Virus record (IMG/VR): IMGVR_UViG_3300023179_007765
Span: 1-59,062 of that record
Reading direction: 5' to 3' (one strand)
DNA length: 59,062 nucleotides
Source of the DNA: a virus
Lineage: Duplodnaviria > Caudoviricetes
Positions 45,482 to 55,627 of the stretch are shown one piece after another. Numbering within the stretch: position 1 is the stretch's first letter; each line of letters starts with the position of its first letter. The notes beneath the pieces are model-generated. The model was not told the origin of the DNA. It saw only the letters and a program-made list of their open reading frames with translations, and ran no database searches. The translations under genes and the position numbers were made by a program.

Positions 45482-48364
45482 ATGGCCACAGCGCATCCCG
45501 TTCAGATCAGCATCGGTGCCACGCTGGCGGCCTCGCTCGGCTCGGCCGTGCGTGGTGCCCAGGCGCAGTTGAACCAGCTGGGCTCCACGATGGCCGAACT
45601 TGGCAACAAGCAGTCCGGCATCAAGCAGCTGGAGACCCTGCGCGCCCAGGCCAAGGATGCGGCACTGGCCATGCGCGCGGCGCAGCAGAAGGTCTCCGGG
45701 CTGGAAGCGAACATCGCCGGCCAGGATGGTGGTGCCACGGCCAAGCAGGCCCGCGAACTCGAACGCGCCCGTGCGGCGGCGACGCGTGCGGAGGACGCCT
45801 ACCGTCGCCAGCGCTCGGCCGTCGATGAACTGAGCACCTCTTTGCAGCGTATGGGCGTGAACACCCGGGCGATGGGTGCGGAGTCCGCACGTCTCGGCAG
45901 TCAGCTCGAAACCCTGCGCTTCCGTACCGAAGCCTTGACCCGTGCGCAACAGGCACAGGCACGCAATCTGGAGAACCGCAGCGCCTACCGCGCCCAGATG
46001 ATGGATGCGGTGGCCCTGGGGGGCGCGCTTTATGGCCTGGTGCAACCGGCTGTCCAGTTCGAGTCGGTGATGGCCGACGTCAAGAAGGTGGTGAACTTCG
46101 ACACGCCTGATCAATTCGGGCAGATGTCCAAAGATGTGCTCTTGATGTCGACCCGCATCCCGATGGCCGCTGACGGTATCGGCGCCATTGTCGCGGCGGC
46201 CGGTCAGGCCGGTATTGCCCGCGAGGAGTTGCTGCGCTTTGCCGAGGACGCCGCCAAGATGGGCGTAGCCTTTGACCTGTCGGGCCAGCAGGCCGGTGCC
46301 GCCATGACGGGCCTACGCTCGATCTTCGGCCTCACCCAGGACGAGGTGGTGAAGCTCGGCGACGCCATCAATCACCTGTCCAACAACATGGACGCCAAGG
46401 CATCCGATCTTTTGAACATCGCCAATCGGGCCGGTTCGACCGCCAAACTCTTCGGCCTGTCCGGCGCACAGTTGAATGCTTTGGGCGCGACCTTTCTGGC
46501 GCTCAAGACGCCGCCCGAGGTCGCCGCCACCGGCATCAATGCACTGCTGATGAAGTTGGCCACCGCCGACAAGCAGAACGAGAAGTTCCAGCAGGGGCTG
46601 CAGGACATCGGGCTGTCTGCTGAGGTCATGAAGAAGATGATCCAGCGTGACGCCCAAGGCGCCCTGACCACCTTTCTGCGCCAGGTGAAGAACGCGCCCG
46701 ATCTGATGGGCACCCTGTCGGACCTCTTCGGCATGGAGTACGCCGACGACATCGCCAAGCTGGTGGGGTCGATGGACACCTACGAGAAGGCGGTGGGCCT
46801 GGTGGCCGATCAGACCGCCTATGCGGGTTCGATGCAGAAGGAGTACGAAGCGCGCTCGGCCACCACGGCCAACAATCTGCAGCTCCTCAAAAACCAGATG
46901 AGCCGGCTGGGCATCACGGTGGGCAATGCGCTGCTGCCGGCCTTGAACAACTTGGTGGGCGCGCTGATGGGTCCCATCGACAGCCTGGCCAATCTCGCCG
47001 AACGGTTTCCTGTCGTTACGCAAGTTGTGGTGGGCACCGTTGGTGCCGTGCTGGGCCTGAAGGTGGCCACCATCGCACTGGGCTATGCCTGGACCTTCGT
47101 GAAGGGGCCGATCCTCGGTGCCCAGGTGGCATTTCAGTCAGCCCGGGCAGGTCTGGCGCTACTGCAAGTGCAGGCGGCGGCCACTGGAACCAGTGCCAGC
47201 ATTCTGTCGCTGGCCTGGAGTCGTATTCAGACGGGTGCGCTCGGGTTACTCGCTCCGATCAAGTCAGCAGCACTGGCCTTCTGGTCGATGCTGCCGGCGA
47301 TTGGCGCGACGACGGCCGCGTTGCTCGCCAACCCGATCACCTGGATCGTGGCGGGCATCGGTGCCGCTGTCGCTGGCCTGGCGCTGGTGATCCGCAAATA
47401 TTGGGACCCCATCGCGGCCTACGTCGGTAGCGTGTTCGAGGGCATCCGGTCGGCGCTGCAGCCAGCGATCAGCAGTCTGACCACAGCACTGGCACCGCTG
47501 GCGCCGATTGGAAATCTCATCGCCAACGTCTTCGGCTTCATCGCCGATGGCGTGAGCCGGGTGGTCGGCTGGATTGGGCGGCTGCTCGCGCCGGTGACGC
47601 TTTCCACGGAGGAGTTCAACAGTCTGTCCGCATCCGGCCAATCCCTCGGGGCGGTGATCGGTGGTGTGTTGAGCACAGCTTTTACTGTGCTGACCCTACC
47701 GATCCGGGCCGTGAGCACGCTGGTGGGGTGGGTGATCAACGGCTTTACGGCCCTGGTGTCCTTCTCACCCCTGGCCCAGATCAGCGCCGCTTGGCAGCCA
47801 GTGGCGGATTTCATGACCGGTCTCTGGTCGGGTATCACTACCACCGTTGGTCAAGCCATCGACTGGATAGCCAACAAGATCGGCTGGGCGATCAACGCTG
47901 GCAAGCAGGTCGGCGACTGGTTCGGTTCGCTCTTCGGCAGCGAGAAGCAGGCTGTGCCGACATCCACGGCACCAACATTCTCGCGTCCAGCGGCTATGGG
48001 TGGCACTGCCGCGCTGGCTGCGCCGCGTCCAGCTGTCGGTACCGCGCCGGTTGGCATCACGCCGATGTCAGCGGGCAGTCCGGCAGTAGCAAACACCCGG
48101 CCGATGGCAATGCCTGCTCAACCGCTGGCTGCGCGCGGCAACACCAGTGTGTCGCTGTCGGCCCCGATCACGGTCAACGCCCCGCCTGGGATGGATGCGC
48201 GCGAGATCGCCGCACTCATCGAATCGCGCTTGCGCGCCTTGATGCGCGAGACCACCCGCAGTCCGGCGGCAGCGATGTACGACTGTTTCCTTCCACTTTC
48301 TTTCATTGTCGAGGTGTGCCATGGCCGAACGGGTGATGTTGGGCCTGGGCGAGTTTCGTTTTGA
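45482..48364 (+). CDS. Tail tape measure protein (TP901 family)
   Basis: FESVMADVKKVV, AAAGQAGI, LLANPI; Ala-rich helical protein. Confidence 0.93.
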   Translation: MATAHPVQISIGATLAASLGSAVRGAQAQLNQLGSTMAELGNKQSGIKQLETLRAQAKDAALAMRAAQQKVSGLEANIAGQDGGATAKQARELERARAAATRAEDAYRRQRSAVDELSTSLQRMGVNTRAMGAESARLGSQLETLRFRTEALTRAQQAQARNLENRSAYRAQMMDAVALGGALYGLVQPAVQFESVMADVKKVVNFDTPDQFGQMSKDVLLMSTRIPMAADGIGAIVAAAGQAGIAREELLRFAEDAAKMGVAFDLSGQQAGAAMTGLRSIFGLTQDEVVKLGDAINHLSNNMDAKASDLLNIANRAGSTAKLFGLSGAQLNALGATFLALKTPPEVAATGINALLMKLATADKQNEKFQQGLQDIGLSAEVMKKMIQRDAQGALTTFLRQVKNAPDLMGTLSDLFGMEYADDIAKLVGSMDTYEKAVGLVADQTAYAGSMQKEYEARSATTANNLQLLKNQMSRLGITVGNALLPALNNLVGALMGPIDSLANLAERFPVVTQVVVGTVGAVLGLKVATIALGYAWTFVKGPILGAQVAFQSARAGLALLQVQAAATGTSASILSLAWSRIQTGALGLLAPIKSAALAFWSMLPAIGATTAALLANPITWIVAGIGAAVAGLALVIRKYWDPIAAYVGSVFEGIRSALQPAISSLTTALAPLAPIGNLIANVFGFIADGVSRVVGWIGRLLAPVTLSTEEFNSLSASGQSLGAVIGGVLSTAFTVLTLPIRAVSTLVGWVINGFTALVSFSPLAQISAAWQPVADFMTGLWSGITTTVGQAIDWIANKIGWAINAGKQVGDWFGSLFGSEKQAVPTSTAPTFSRPAAMGGTAALAAPRPAVGTAPVGITPMSAGSPAVANTRPMAMPAQPLAARGNTSVSLSAPITVNAPPGMDAREIAALIESRLRALMRETTRSPAAAMYDCFLPLSFIVEVCHGRTGDVGPGRVSF

Positions 48365-48719
48365 AATCGCCACGCTCGCTTACCAAAAATTCTCACTCAA
48401 CCAGTCCTGGCGCTGGCAAGAGCAGGCGCGCATCAACCGCGATCCGGCCCTGCAGTTTTTCGGACGCAACGTTGGTGAGATCGAACTCGACGGCGTGATT
48501 TACCCGAGCTTCAAAGGCGGCCTCGCCCAGGTCGAGGCGATGCGTGCGCTGGCTGATGCCGGCAAGCCGCTGCAACTGGTCGACGGCCTGGGTCGCATCT
48601 GGGGGGGCTGGGTGATCACGGAGATCGGGGACACCCGCACGGTGTTCGCCAACGATGGCCAGCCCAGGAAGCTGGAGTTCCGCATCAAGCTCAAGGCCTA
48701 CGGGGAGGATCAGCCATGA
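48321..48719 (+). CDS. Tail protein gpU
   Basis: MLGLGEFRF...PALQF...GRIWG.WVI. Confidence 0.88.
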   Translation: MAERVMLGLGEFRFEIATLAYQKFSLNQSWRWQEQARINRDPALQFFGRNVGEIELDGVIYPSFKGGLAQVEAMRALADAGKPLQLVDGLGRIWGGWVITEIGDTRTVFANDGQPRKLEFRIKLKAYGEDQP

Positions 48720-48934
48720 GCCGCCCCCTCTTCAAGCGCGTGATCACCCGGGATGGGGATGTCCTCGATGACCTCATCTGGCAGCACTATGGACGCAGCA
48801 ATGTGCTGGCCGCTGTGCTCGAGGCCAATCCCGCTCTGGCGCGGTTGCCCCCGGTCCTTAGCGCTGGCCTGGTGATCGAGCTGCCTGAGTTGCCGCTGCC
48901 GGCAGAAGCGCCGGTGATCCGGCTGTGGTCATGA
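48716..48934 (+). CDS. Tail protein X
   Basis: GDVLDDLIWQHYG...VLEANP...IRLWS. Confidence 0.9.
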   Translation: MSRPLFKRVITRDGDVLDDLIWQHYGRSNVLAAVLEANPALARLPPVLSAGLVIELPELPLPAEAPVIRLWS

Positions 48935-48944
48935 GGGGGCATCG

Positions 48945-50018
48945 ATGCAACCGATCTTCCGTCTCTACGCCGACAGCGAAGAGATCACCGCTGCCATCCG
49001 AGACCGGCTGATCGAGCTGGTGGTCACCGACGAAGCAGGCATCCAGTCCGATGAGTTGAAACTGACCCTCGATGATCGCCGCCGTGAGGATGGCGCGATT
49101 GCCGAGCTGCCGCGCATCGGCACGGTGCTGACCGTGTCGCTGGGCTACGCCGAAACCCGGCTGGTATCGATGGGACGCTTCATTGTCGATGAGGTCGAGA
49201 TGCGCTCGCCACCGGCCACGCTGACGGTCTCGGCCAAGGCCGCCGATATGGTCGGGCCGTTTCGCAGCCCCAAGACCCGCTCCTGGGATACGACCACACT
49301 GGGCCAGCTGGTCGAGGCCATCGCTGCCGAGCATCGGTACGAGGCCAAGATCGATGCCGAACTCGGCGCCATTGCCATCCCAAATCTGGATCAGACCGAG
49401 GAGTCGGACATGGCGCTGCTCACCAGGCTGGCCGCCAAGCACGATGCCGTGGCCAAGCCCGTGGCCGGGTTCCTGGTGCTGGCCAAGCAGGGGGCGATCA
49501 AGACCATCACCGGCCAAGTGATGCCGACGATCTCTCTCAATGCCGGTGATTTGGCCGAATGGCGCTACCGACACTCGGCGCGCAAACCCGGCGGCAGTGG
49601 TTCGACCAGCGAGGGTGATACGCAAAAACCACCGACGACAGCGACCGGTGGCACACGCGCCTACTGGTGGGACTTCGAGAAGGGGGAACGTCGGGAAGTG
49701 ACCACTGGCCAGCCGCCGTTCGAGGAGATCCGCTACGTCCACGCTACAGAAGCCGAGGCCAAAGCCGCCGCAGCCACCCGCAAGAACACTGGCGAACGGG
49801 GACAAGGTGAACTCTCGTTCAGCCTACCGGGTGATCCAAGGCTCGCCGCCGAAGGCCGGCTGTCGATTTCCCTGCGCCCGGGCATCCCCACCGACTGGCG
49901 CATCAAGCGGGTCGAACACCGACTTGGCGCCCAGGGCTACACGACGCAGGTCGAGTGCGAGCGCTTCACGGCCTCACTGGCCCCAGTGACCGATGCCACC
50001 ACTGAATCCAACAGATAA
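48945..50018 (+). CDS. Late control / baseplate hub gpD
   Basis: TDEAGIQSDEL, KTRSW, DQTEESDMALLTRLA. Confidence 0.9.
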   Translation: MQPIFRLYADSEEITAAIRDRLIELVVTDEAGIQSDELKLTLDDRRREDGAIAELPRIGTVLTVSLGYAETRLVSMGRFIVDEVEMRSPPATLTVSAKAADMVGPFRSPKTRSWDTTTLGQLVEAIAAEHRYEAKIDAELGAIAIPNLDQTEESDMALLTRLAAKHDAVAKPVAGFLVLAKQGAIKTITGQVMPTISLNAGDLAEWRYRHSARKPGGSGSTSEGDTQKPPTTATGGTRAYWWDFEKGERREVTTGQPPFEEIRYVHATEAEAKAAAATRKNTGERGQGELSFSLPGDPRLAAEGRLSISLRPGIPTDWRIKRVEHRLGAQGYTTQVECERFTASLAPVTDATTESNR

Positions 50019-50031
50019 GGAGACAAGCACA

Positions 50032-50364
50032 GTGACCCCTGACAAAGATCCTTCGACCTACGGCCTGATCACCTACCTGTGGGTGACCGGGCTGGCCGCC
50101 TGGGGTGGCCTGGTCAATTTCTACCGTAAGGTGAAGTCCGGCGAGACCCGAGCTTTCAACGTGGTGGAACTGATCGGCGAGATTGCCACCTCGGCGTTTG
50201 CCGGCCTCATCACCTTCTGGCTGTGCGAGGCCGCACAGTTCAACCCGCTGGTCACTGCCGCCCTGGTCGGCATCTCCGGCCACATGGGCAGCCAGGCCAT
50301 CTATCAACTGGAGCGCTGGGCACAAAAGCGCCTGGGCACACCCGCAGAAAGGGAGCGGCCATGA
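50032..50364 (+). CDS. Holin (LydA-like)
   Basis: PDKDP..., three hydrophobic segments, GISGHMG. Confidence 0.8.
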   Translation: MTPDKDPSTYGLITYLWVTGLAAWGGLVNFYRKVKSGETRAFNVVELIGEIATSAFAGLITFWLCEAAQFNPLVTAALVGISGHMGSQAIYQLERWAQKRLGTPAERERP

Positions 50365-50879
50365 ACGCCATCGATACGATCCTCGACGACATCATGCGCC
50401 GGGAAGGCGGCTACGTGAATCACCCCGCCGACCGGGGTGGGCCAACGAACTTCGGCATCACCGCGCAGACGCTGGGTAGCTGGCGCAAGCTGGGTCGTCC
50501 GGCCACGGCCGCAGAGGTGCAAGCACTGACTGAAACCGAGGCCCGCGCCATCTACCGTCAGCAGTACATCACCGATCCCGGCTTTGAAGTCATCACCCAT
50601 CCGGCACTGCTGCATCTGCTGGTGGACGCCGGCGTGCATTCCGGGGCGAAGCGGGCGGCGCAATGGCTGCAGGCAGCGCTCGGCGTTGCTGCCGATGGCG
50701 TGATCGGTCCCAAGACTCGCGCAGCACTGGCGGCCACCGACCAAGGTGTGCTCTATGGCAAGGTGCTGGGACAGCGCCTGCGCCATCTCGGACGCCTGAT
50801 CACCAACGACCCCAAGCAGTCAGCGTTCGCCGCTGGCTGGATGAACCGGATGGCCGAATTCGTGGAGGGCACGGTATGA
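50361..50879 (+). CDS. Endolysin, glycoside hydrolase family 108
   Basis: EGGYVNHPADRGGPTNFGIT, DGVIGPKT, GWMNR. Confidence 0.92.
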   Translation: MNAIDTILDDIMRREGGYVNHPADRGGPTNFGITAQTLGSWRKLGRPATAAEVQALTETEARAIYRQQYITDPGFEVITHPALLHLLVDAGVHSGAKRAAQWLQAALGVAADGVIGPKTRAALAATDQGVLYGKVLGQRLRHLGRLITNDPKQSAFAAGWMNRMAEFVEGTV

Positions 50880-51304
50880 CTCCGCTACTCACCACTTTGG
50901 CGCCTGGCTTGCTGGAAGCGGGAAGCCGCCTGATCGACCGCCTGGTGCCGGACCCCGCCGAGCGGGAGAAAGCCAAGCTCGCGTTACTGCAGGCGGAAGG
51001 GCAACTGGCGCTGCAGGAGATGCAGACGAGTCTCTCCGCGATCCTGGCTGAAGCCAACTCAGCCGACCCTTGGACCAGCCGGGCGCGGCCGACCTTCCTG
51101 TACGTCATCTACGGCGTGATCCTGCTGTGTGTGATGGGCGCCATCATCGGCATCTGGTGGCCGACGCACGTCTTCCAGGCTGCGGAGAACCTCAACAAGC
51201 TGCTGGGTGCGGTGCCCGAGAGCCTGTGGTGGCTCTTCGGTGCTGGCTACCTCGGCTACACCGGGGCGCGCAGCTTTGACAAGTGGCGTGGGCCAGTGCG
51301 CTGA
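50876..51304 (+). CDS. 3TM-type holin family protein
   Basis: LIDRLVPDP...WTSRARP...GYLGYTGARSFDK. Confidence 0.8.
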   Translation: MTPLLTTLAPGLLEAGSRLIDRLVPDPAEREKAKLALLQAEGQLALQEMQTSLSAILAEANSADPWTSRARPTFLYVIYGVILLCVMGAIIGIWWPTHVFQAAENLNKLLGAVPESLWWLFGAGYLGYTGARSFDKWRGPVR

Positions 51305-51338
51305 CCGGTGCTGCCGCGCACGACAACCTCAAAAGACG

Positions 51339-51387
51339 ATCCCCCGATCTCACTGCCTTCACCGGTGGTGGGGTCGGGGGATTTTTG
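51339..51387 (+). terminator. Terminator after the lysis cassette
   Basis: atcccccgatctcac...gtggggtcgggggat followed by tttt. Confidence 0.7.
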
Positions 51388-51525
51388 CGTTTGTGGTGTC
51401 CGAGACTTCGTAGCGTTGAACGGTTCTCATTGAATTCGTGTCAACCATAGTGTAAACTGACAACCCCTGTGACAACCAGGGCGACAGCTTTCTAGGCAAC
51501 CAACCAAAGGAGAAAACGCGTGAAA

Positions 51526-52314
51526 ATGACCAAAGCGCCTGTTTATTACGCACTGGCTCAAGCGCAGTTTAATCCTGTGGCTGCCATGGCAAAGTACGTC
51601 GACGAGATTCAAGACATCCTGCGCCGGGAGGGGTATACCCTTTTTGAGCCGCAAGAAATCACGCAACTGCAGTTCGTGGGGGCTGCTGGACAAGCGCCGG
51701 CTAATCCCGAGCTAATGAAAGTTACCAATTGGCTGATTTCAAAGGCTGATCGGACTGCTGGCTTTATTTTGGGCTCATCCTCTCTGGCCTACCACACAAC
51801 TCATTATGAAACTCGGAACGAGTTCTTGCCGGAGTTGGTGCAGGGATTGCAAGCTGTTCACAAGGTGGTTTTTCTAGATCACATTGCTCGACTGGGTTTG
51901 CGTTATCTCGATGCGGTGATTCCCGGCGAAGACGAGCAGGTTTCGCAGTATTTGGCTGATGGTTTGCAGGGCGTGACATTCGGCGCAAAGCAGCGTTACG
52001 CGATGAGCGAGTCTGTTTTTGAGACAGAAACAGGGCCACTGGTGAAATCAGGGACTTTGGTTGCGCGCGTTTATCGTGCGACATCTCCTCTTGGTTATCC
52101 GCCCGATCTGATTCCTCACGGGCTTCAGCCAATGCCTCGCTTCCAGAGGAGCGACACGATCTCCCACGCTGTGATTGATACCGATCACTATGTTGAAGGC
52201 AGAATGCCTATTGATTTTGAGCAGATCAAGGCACAGTTGGCGTCGCTGCACACGGGGATCAAGCAATCTTTCGAGGCAACTATTACGTCTTACGCTGCAG
52301 AAGTCTGGCGCTGA
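51526..52314 (+). CDS. TIGR04255-like protein
   Basis: KAPVYYALAQAQF, RLGLRYLD, VIDTDHY. Confidence 0.7.
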   Translation: MTKAPVYYALAQAQFNPVAAMAKYVDEIQDILRREGYTLFEPQEITQLQFVGAAGQAPANPELMKVTNWLISKADRTAGFILGSSSLAYHTTHYETRNEFLPELVQGLQAVHKVVFLDHIARLGLRYLDAVIPGEDEQVSQYLADGLQGVTFGAKQRYAMSESVFETETGPLVKSGTLVARVYRATSPLGYPPDLIPHGLQPMPRFQRSDTISHAVIDTDHYVEGRMPIDFEQIKAQLASLHTGIKQSFEATITSYAAEVWR

Positions 52315-52331
52315 TTAGAGGAGGGTTGGAT

Positions 52332-52955
52332 ATGTATGCAAACCACACTGTGGGTATAAATCCACGACTGCCATTGCGCAGCGTTGCACAGACCGCTTTT
52401 GTTGTGATGCTTGTAGGAACTGGCAGTGTTTATGCAATGGATCGCTTGGACACGTGGCGACCGCACCTTCAACACCGAGTTCCGTTTATTCCGGAAGCAG
52501 GTGTTCAGAGTAATGGTTCTGAACGGATTGATGTTCGTACTCCGCTTGAGCATCTTGAAAATATCCGCACGGTATTGAACCCTGCTGTTTCAGACTTGGC
52601 ATCCGTATTTGATGTTTCACGACAGGCTATTTACAAGTGGTTATCGAACGACTCGAAGCCAGAGGCTGAAAAGTCAGCTCGTGTGCAGGCGCTCAGTCAG
52701 ATCGCAGATGCTTTCAAAGAAGCCGGCGTAGCACGTGCTGGCAGCCTTCTCAAAATGAAGACCTTTGGTGACCGGTCTCTCATGGACATCGTAAGGGCCG
52801 GAGATGATTGGCATGAGGCCGTGGATGCCCTGATTGCCGAATCGCGTGCGATGGAGCGTGCCTATGAGCGGTCTGGACTGGCCAAATCCAAGGCAAAGCC
52901 AACTTCAGATTGGCAGACCTCTCAGTCAATTCCCGCGTCGCGCGAAGATGTGTAA
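52332..52955 (+). CDS. HTH-containing protein (Xre/antitoxin-like)
   Basis: SDLASVFDVSRQAIYKW helix-turn-helix. Confidence 0.65.
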   Translation: MYANHTVGINPRLPLRSVAQTAFVVMLVGTGSVYAMDRLDTWRPHLQHRVPFIPEAGVQSNGSERIDVRTPLEHLENIRTVLNPAVSDLASVFDVSRQAIYKWLSNDSKPEAEKSARVQALSQIADAFKEAGVARAGSLLKMKTFGDRSLMDIVRAGDDWHEAVDALIAESRAMERAYERSGLAKSKAKPTSDWQTSQSIPASREDV

Positions 52956-52964
52956 GGGAGAACT

Positions 52965-53816
52965 ATGCTCGGACGTGACACGCCTTGGAGGCAGGGCAGC
53001 GTAATTGCCCAGGCGGACGCCATCGCGGCCGGCTTATTCGATGAGACTTCCTCGAGCCTCAAACGGGCTCTTGTCATTACGCACGACTGTGATCTGACGA
53101 ATGACAGAGAGCTCGAAGTCGAGGTTATGGTCGGAAATGTGGTCGACAAGCTGAACAAACAGTTCGCTCGTGCCCGTAATGTTCGGCGCCTCCACTTGGC
53201 ATTCGATACGCCGTCTGGCAACCAGCAGTTTATTGACCTGCAGATAACCGCCAAGCAATCCATCTCCAAATCTCTGATCGCCGGCTCCAAGCCAGACGGT
53301 GGCTGGGTCCTGTCGGACGAGGAGAAACGATCCCTCAAGCAGTGGCTGGCAGCACGCTATGGTCGCCCAGCTTTTCCGAACGCGTTTGAGACGCATCTTC
53401 GCAAAAATGTCAGCAAGAAAGAGACGGTAGAGGATCGACTCGGGAAGGTCCTTGAAAAAGTGAGCGCCCATTTGGTCGGGGTGTTTTTTGACTTGGGTGA
53501 AAACCGCGCTGCCGAGCTCACGGATGGATCGCCTTACGACCTGAGGATTACTGTTGTCTATGACGCGAGTGAAGGTGGACAGCCTGCGAGGCTGGCTGCT
53601 GAAGAGGTGGTCTCTGAGATTCGGGATATTTTCCAATCGGCTTATGGTCCTCCAGAGGCAGCAACTGAGATCGCGCTGGAATCTTGCGAAGCAGTTGCAG
53701 ACCTTCGCTTCCCACTATCGGATCTGCGCAAAGTGGATCAATGGCGTGCCGAATACATCAGCCTGCGCCAGGACCCTCCAGAGTCGTTCCTGGCTGTTGG
53801 AGAGCTGCCAGCGTAA
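52965..53816 (+). CDS. Hypothetical protein (WRQG...VITHDCDL family; possible toxin or nuclease)
   Basis: 283-aa ORF with RBS; WRQGS, ITHDCDL, WLAARYGRPAFP. Confidence 0.65.
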   Translation: MLGRDTPWRQGSVIAQADAIAAGLFDETSSSLKRALVITHDCDLTNDRELEVEVMVGNVVDKLNKQFARARNVRRLHLAFDTPSGNQQFIDLQITAKQSISKSLIAGSKPDGGWVLSDEEKRSLKQWLAARYGRPAFPNAFETHLRKNVSKKETVEDRLGKVLEKVSAHLVGVFFDLGENRAAELTDGSPYDLRITVVYDASEGGQPARLAAEEVVSEIRDIFQSAYGPPEAATEIALESCEAVADLRFPLSDLRKVDQWRAEYISLRQDPPESFLAVGELPA

Positions 53817-54316
53817 TGGCATCAGGGGTAACTGAAGTTCTGGGCATCACCTGCGCGGGGCACTTTTGGCAAGAAGTGGTGCTTCCGAACGCGGTGCATT
53901 ACCGCCAGCATCCTACGGCCAGGGAGGCGTTCAACTTGGCTGCGTCGTTATGGCACTTGATCGACTGGGTCTTCGAGGACCCGCGTCTGAACTCGCAGCA
54001 CCAAGAAAAGAAAGCTCTACAGACCAACCTCCGACAGCAGTGCCCGGCACTGGGTGTGATGCACGACATCACCACGCTGTACAAGCACGCTCGAATGACC
54101 AGGCCGCAAGGGAATGTGATGGCTACGGATGTGGAGATGCTGGGGGCAACGTTCTACTTCGGTCCAGGTGGTCCTGTTTCCGAACATCCAGGTGAGTACG
54201 TCGTGACCTTGGAGGGAGGGGAGCAGCGCCCATTGAACGAATTGTTCGATGAGGCGCTGAAATTTTGGGACGGCTACTTCCGCGCTGATGCGGCGGGTCA
54301 GCAGGTCACGCTATAG
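53816..54316 (+). CDS. Hypothetical protein, HEPN-like helical family
   Basis: ATG overlaps the previous TAA; AFNLAASLWHLIDW...HDITTLYKH. Confidence 0.55.
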   Translation: MASGVTEVLGITCAGHFWQEVVLPNAVHYRQHPTAREAFNLAASLWHLIDWVFEDPRLNSQHQEKKALQTNLRQQCPALGVMHDITTLYKHARMTRPQGNVMATDVEMLGATFYFGPGGPVSEHPGEYVVTLEGGEQRPLNELFDEALKFWDGYFRADAAGQQVTL

Positions 54317-55517
54317 CCGCCACCTGAGGTGTGCCAGTGTTGGCTGCGACTGGCCGCCGCCCCACGACATTCCCCACCACATTGACCGCCTCCAGCATCG
54401 CCTGCGGCGACAGGTGCGCGTAGCGCATCGTCACCTTCGGATCGTGATGACCCAGGAGCTTTTGCACCTCGTACAGCGACCGCCCAGCGTTGACCAGGAA
54501 ACTGGCGTAGCTGTGGCGCAGGTCGTGCAGCCGCACTTCCTCCAGCCCGACTTTCTTGCGGATCGAGTCCCAGGCGTAGAAGATCGACACCGGAGGCTTC
54601 TTGGTCTTGGGGTTAAAGAACACCCAAGGGATGTCGTCCTGCCGGGGCAGCGACAGCAGCAACTCAATGGCCGCATCCGAGAGCGGGATGTGGCGCGGCT
54701 TCTTCGACTTCGACCGTGCCGCCGGCACCGTCAGCATCCGGCGATTGAAATCGATCTCGTCCCACCGGGCATCCAGGATCTCCCGCTTGCGGGCACCGGT
54801 GTAGAGCAGCAGCCGGATCACCTGGCCCACCTGCACATTGCGGTTGGTGTCGAGTTCATCAAACAGCCGCTGCACCTCGTCGGTCGTCAGGTAACGCTCC
54901 CGGGCGCCGTGGTCCTCAAAAGGCTCTACCCCATCGCAGGGGTTGCTTTTGGGCGGCAGGATGTCCCAGCGGATCGCGCAGTTGTAGATGAACTTCATCA
55001 GCACGATCATCCGGTTGCAGGTCCCGGCCGCGTAGCCCTTCTCGAACACCGCGTGGTGGAAGGCCACCACATCGGAGCGGGTGATGCGGTTCATCCGAAA
55101 CTCGGCAAACACCGGCAGGAGGTGGTTGCGCAGCATCGTCTCGTCTGTCTCCCAGCTGCGCTTGCGGGTCTTGGCGTAGGGCAGATAGCGCTCGGCCACG
55201 AAATCCCCGAAGGTCGGTACATCCTTGAAGCGATGACTCTCCACCTTGGGGTCGCCACCCTCGGTGACCATCTGCTTCATCTTGTGCGCTTTGGCCCGGG
55301 CGTCCGACACCGAAATCTCGTCAGAGCGGCCAATCCGATTCAGCCGCACCTTGCCGGCGGCGTCGCGGTAGCGGAAGTAAAAGGTGGCGCCGCCGCTGGC
55401 CCGATGCTCCAGCAGGAAGCCCTTGATCTCCGTATCGAAGTAACTCACGGCCCCGGAGGCAGGCTCGCGACCTGGCAATGTGGCCAGGAATTCGGTCGTC
55501 AACGCTTGTGCTGGCAT
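54306..55517 (-). CDS. int: Tyrosine integrase with an N-terminal arm-binding domain
   Basis: YFDTEIKGF arm-binding domain; TGARKREI (R), KSK (K), HDLRH (HxxR), LGH, RYAH (Y). Confidence 0.95.
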   Translation of the reverse strand: MPAQALTTEFLATLPGREPASGAVSYFDTEIKGFLLEHRASGGATFYFRYRDAAGKVRLNRIGRSDEISVSDARAKAHKMKQMVTEGGDPKVESHRFKDVPTFGDFVAERYLPYAKTRKRSWETDETMLRNHLLPVFAEFRMNRITRSDVVAFHHAVFEKGYAAGTCNRMIVLMKFIYNCAIRWDILPPKSNPCDGVEPFEDHGARERYLTTDEVQRLFDELDTNRNVQVGQVIRLLLYTGARKREILDARWDEIDFNRRMLTVPAARSKSKKPRHIPLSDAAIELLLSLPRQDDIPWVFFNPKTKKPPVSIFYAWDSIRKKVGLEEVRLHDLRHSYASFLVNAGRSLYEVQKLLGHHDPKVTMRYAHLSPQAMLEAVNVVGNVVGRRPVAANTGTPQVAAIA

Positions 55518-55627
55518 CGTCGTGCTCCTCTATCTATTGAGGGTCATGCTACGATACAATGCGCCGGAAAGGACATAAAAAGCGTCTAATAGACCGGAAT
55601 ATTTACCTACCCAAAAAGGAGTCGACC

